A stretch of DNA of 64,000 nucleotides from Scyliorhinus canicula (lineage: Eukaryota): positions 558,877 to 622,876 of the forward strand of contig NW_024055676.1 in NCBI RefSeq assembly GCF_902713615.1, read 5' to 3'. The first letter of the stretch is position 1, and every line of letters starts with the position of its first letter. Positions 61,340 through 64,000 of the stretch are shown here, piece by piece. Both the position numbers and the translations under genes were made by a program. The notes below the pieces were generated by a model. The model was not told the origin of the DNA. It searched no databases and was given only the letters and a program-made list of their open reading frames with translations.

Positions 61340-62420
61340 CCTTATTCAAAAGGGAGGGTGTCAAAAACAGGTAACTATAGGCCAGGGACGTTAACATCTG
61401 TCAGTGGAAAACGGTTCGAGTCCATTATAACAGATCCAATAGCTGAGCATTTCGAAATACATAACATAATCAAACAGAGTCAGCACGGCTTCGTGAAGGG
61501 GAAATCATGCCTGACAAATGTATTGCCCTTATTCGAGGTGATAACGCGAAGGCTAGAGAGGAGGGGGGGGGGGGGGGGGGGGCAATAGATGTAATATACA
61601 TGAATTTCAAAACTGTGTTTAATAAATGAATGTACTATTCCCACGACTGCAGATGACAAAAATATAAAGGCAAGTGGTGAAGTTACAGAAAATCTAGAGA
61701 GGGACAGAGAGGGCTTTAGTTACTGAGTAAAAGCTTGGCAGATGGAACATAATGTAGGAAAATGTGAGGTTAGACACTTTGGGAGGAGGAGGAACATAAC
61801 GGAATATAATTCAGATGGAGAAAGACTGGAGAAAGCTGAAGTAACGGGGGAATTGGGGATCCTCGTGCAGAAACCACACAAATCAAGTTCTGCAGGTAAT
61901 ATGGAGACAAATTGAATGTTGACATTTAATTCAAAGGTAATAGAATATAAACATGGGGAAGTCGAGCTAAAACTATACAAGGCACTAGTTAGTCTGCACC
62001 TGATATACTTTGAATAGTTTTGGTGCCCTTATCTAAGGAAGACAGATTGGTTTTGAAGGCAGTCCAGAGAAGGACCACGATGTTGATCCGAGTATGGAGG
62101 GATTTTCTTATGGGGAGAGGTTAAGTAGGCTGGGCCTGGACTGATTGGAGTTTAGAAGAATGAAGGCGGCCTAATTGAGACATGAAAGATTCTCAGGGAG
62201 CTTCGGAGTGTAATCGCTGAGGAGGTTGTTTTCCCTTGTGGGAGCATCTCGGACCAGAGTGCAGGATCACATAGTCAATGTTCGCCCATTTCAGACAGAG
62301 ATGAGAAGGAATTCCTCTCTCAGAGCGTCGGGGAGCTGTAGAATGATTTAACCCAGGGGGCTGTAGATTCTGGGTTGTTCAGTATGTTCAAGGTTGAGAG
62401 AGACATATTTTCAACCAATG
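61340..62420 (+). mobile_element. Degenerate CR1 (RT to C-terminus) in the Cmu3-Cmu4 intron
   Basis: NYRP.TLTSV.GKRFESII, QHGFVKGKSCLTN; continues after the Rex1 piece to ~62780. Confidence 0.8.
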
Positions 62421-62429
62421 GGAGATATG

Positions 62430-62668
62430 GGATTGGATTTTGTTTATTGTCACGTGTACCGAGGTACAGTGAAAAGTATTTTTTCTGCAAGCAGCTCAAC
62501 AGATCATTCAGTACATGAAAAGAAAGGGAAATAAAATAAAATACATAACAGGGCAACATAAGGTACACAATGTAACTACTTAACACCGGCATCGGGTGAA
62601 GCATACAGAGGTGTAGTGTTAATGAGGTCAGTCCGTAAGAGGGTCGTTTAGGTGTCTGGTAACTGCGG
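62430..62668 (-). mobile_element. Rex1/Babar 3' end fragment
   Basis: ATTGGATTTTGTTTATTGTCACGTGTACCGAGGTACAGTGAAAAG, as at 52290 and 33560-33617. Confidence 0.85.
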
Positions 62669-63006
62669 GAGAAGGCGGGAAAGAGGAGTTGAAGATCATC
62701 ACATCAGATCAGTTATGATCTCATTGAAGGCTGGGATCAGTGTTTTGGGCTGAATGGCCTACGTCTGCTCCTACGTCTTGTGGCCATTGGTCTAGCTCCG
62801 TCTAAACCCCATATCACTGCTTTTAATTCATTGTTCCTTCATCTACGTAGCAATTTCCCCCTTAAGATCAACAGGCCCAAAATTTTTAGTCGTGGAATTG
62901 CCAATCAGAATGGACCATAAATACACTGAATACTAAATACTGACCGCTGCACTGACACTAGAAATAGACACAATGACTCACTTATTGCTTCAGTTTCACC
63001 GCTCAC

Positions 63007-63314
63007 CTATTTTTTTGTGGATTGAAATTCTTAAAGGAGTTGGCAGGTCCTGATGGCTCGCCACACAGTCAAACACAGCCCCACTCAGCCAGGCTTGTGT
63101 CGAGATGTTTAATTGCTGACCACGCTCTCAGTATCTGCCCCAGGCTGGTCGGCAATCTCTGATTTCAGCGGCTTCTTCGCTTCACTCCAGGACACGTTGA
63201 CTCCATAAGGACCATTCGAAATGACGCAGGTTAAGGTGACAGTCGCCTCCAGTAAGACCTGTTCTATTGGTGGTGGCAGTATTGTTACTGAGGCGGTAAT
63301 ACAATCAGAAGGAT
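63007..63314 (-). CDS. IGHM: IgM Cmu3 exon (-1 frameshift at ~63112 giving immediate TAA at 63109-63111)
   Basis: CACAG acceptor, GTGAGC donor; [81 protein letters not shown]; 308 nt where 309 is needed. Confidence 0.95.
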
Positions 63315-63944
63315 CTGTGAATGAAAACATGAAAATCAACACAAGTTCATCTTCAGAATCAGGACAGAAGGATTCAGCCTTCACTCACTCAATGGGAATA
63401 AATCAACTTCGAAACTTCTAATGATCGCCATTAATCTTCTGTACACAATGGAAAACCAGTTTGGTTATCTTAAACGATTCTCATTGTGAAATACAGTCAG
63501 CACCAATGGCATTCTAATGAACGAGTATTGCAGCATTCCCAATACAAATATTCCAATCCTGATCTCGGAAACCTAATACGGAAGGCTGATTTATAAATAG
63601 GTTGAATGAACTTTCCAACAATTTTCCTTGGAGCTGTTATCAATAAAGGGGTTCAGACACCCACTGCCTCTCAAATATAATCAGCTGTCTCAGGATAAGG
63701 CTGATATCAAATCCACCTCACTCACTAAATGACTTCAAATTAGAGGGAAACATTTATTTCTCTGCTGATCAAATCCTGAATGGTGAGCAATCCAAATGCA
63801 GCTCTTACATCAGAATGAAACACAAACTACATGGCAGTAAATTAGAAGTTATTCTGTGCTTTGTCCTGATTTTAATAAATTCCTGATTTGGATTAACATC
63901 AGAGTGAAGGATGATTTATTGTTTCCTCTGTTTGTGTCTCTTAC

Positions 63945-64000
63945 CAGACGCGGTGACGTTGTGACTTTGGGTAACCTCTTGATGAGTGACCTGGCAGGTA
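63945..64000 (-). CDS. IGHM: IgM Cmu2 exon, 3' end (TCQVTHQEVTQSHNVTAS)
   Basis: Second Ig-domain Cys motif TCQVTH; phase-1 donor G|GTAAGA at 63944. Confidence 0.85.

Larger units (their letters stand above)
57221..64000 (-). pseudogene. IGHM: IgM heavy-chain gene, 3' half (V, D, J and Cmu1 lie beyond the right edge); frameshifted as assembled
   Basis: Exon order Cmu2-Cmu3-Cmu4/sec-TM1-TM2 with canonical splice sites. Pseudogene status depends on two homopolymer indels being real. Confidence 0.55.

Noticed and set aside
60620-64000. Assignment of the Ig exons to IgNAR, IgW or IgM1gj
   Set aside because: The Cmu3 and Cmu4 sequences and the [20 protein letters not shown] tail match shark IgM as I recall it, and the IgNAR tail differs. 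A Cmu2-type exon precedes Cmu3, whereas nurse-shark IgM1gj is described as lacking Cmu2.

Overview
Eukaryotic (vertebrate) genomic DNA from a cartilaginous fish. The shark-type IgM and HE1-like SINEs support this; a catshark such as Scyliorhinus is a guess from repeat content. The window has three components. (1) A cluster of C2H2 zinc-finger genes with no visible effector domain: three long open arrays on the minus strand (7916-9007, 28166-29035, 45981-46964), two decayed plus-strand paralogues (~12.1-13.3 kb, ~36.3-39.1 kb) and exon remnants. They are organised as a duplicated head-to-head cassette around homologous NRF1/CCAAT/GC-box promoter modules. (2) The 3' half of an IgM heavy-chain gene on the minus strand: end of Cmu2, Cmu3, Cmu4 plus secretory tail, TM1 and TM2. 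Cmu3 carries a -1 indel and Cmu4 a +1 indel, both in homopolymers, so this is either a pseudogene or an assembly error. (3) A dense, often nested retroelement background: L1, CR1, L2, Rex1/Babar, Penelope-like fragments, several tRNA-derived SINE families and minisatellites. No CRISPR, rRNA or true tRNA genes are supported. Most ORFs in the supplied track are antisense or off-frame shadows of repeats. Repeat boundaries are approximate (about +/-20 bp) unless a TSD or splice site is quoted. No database searches were run.
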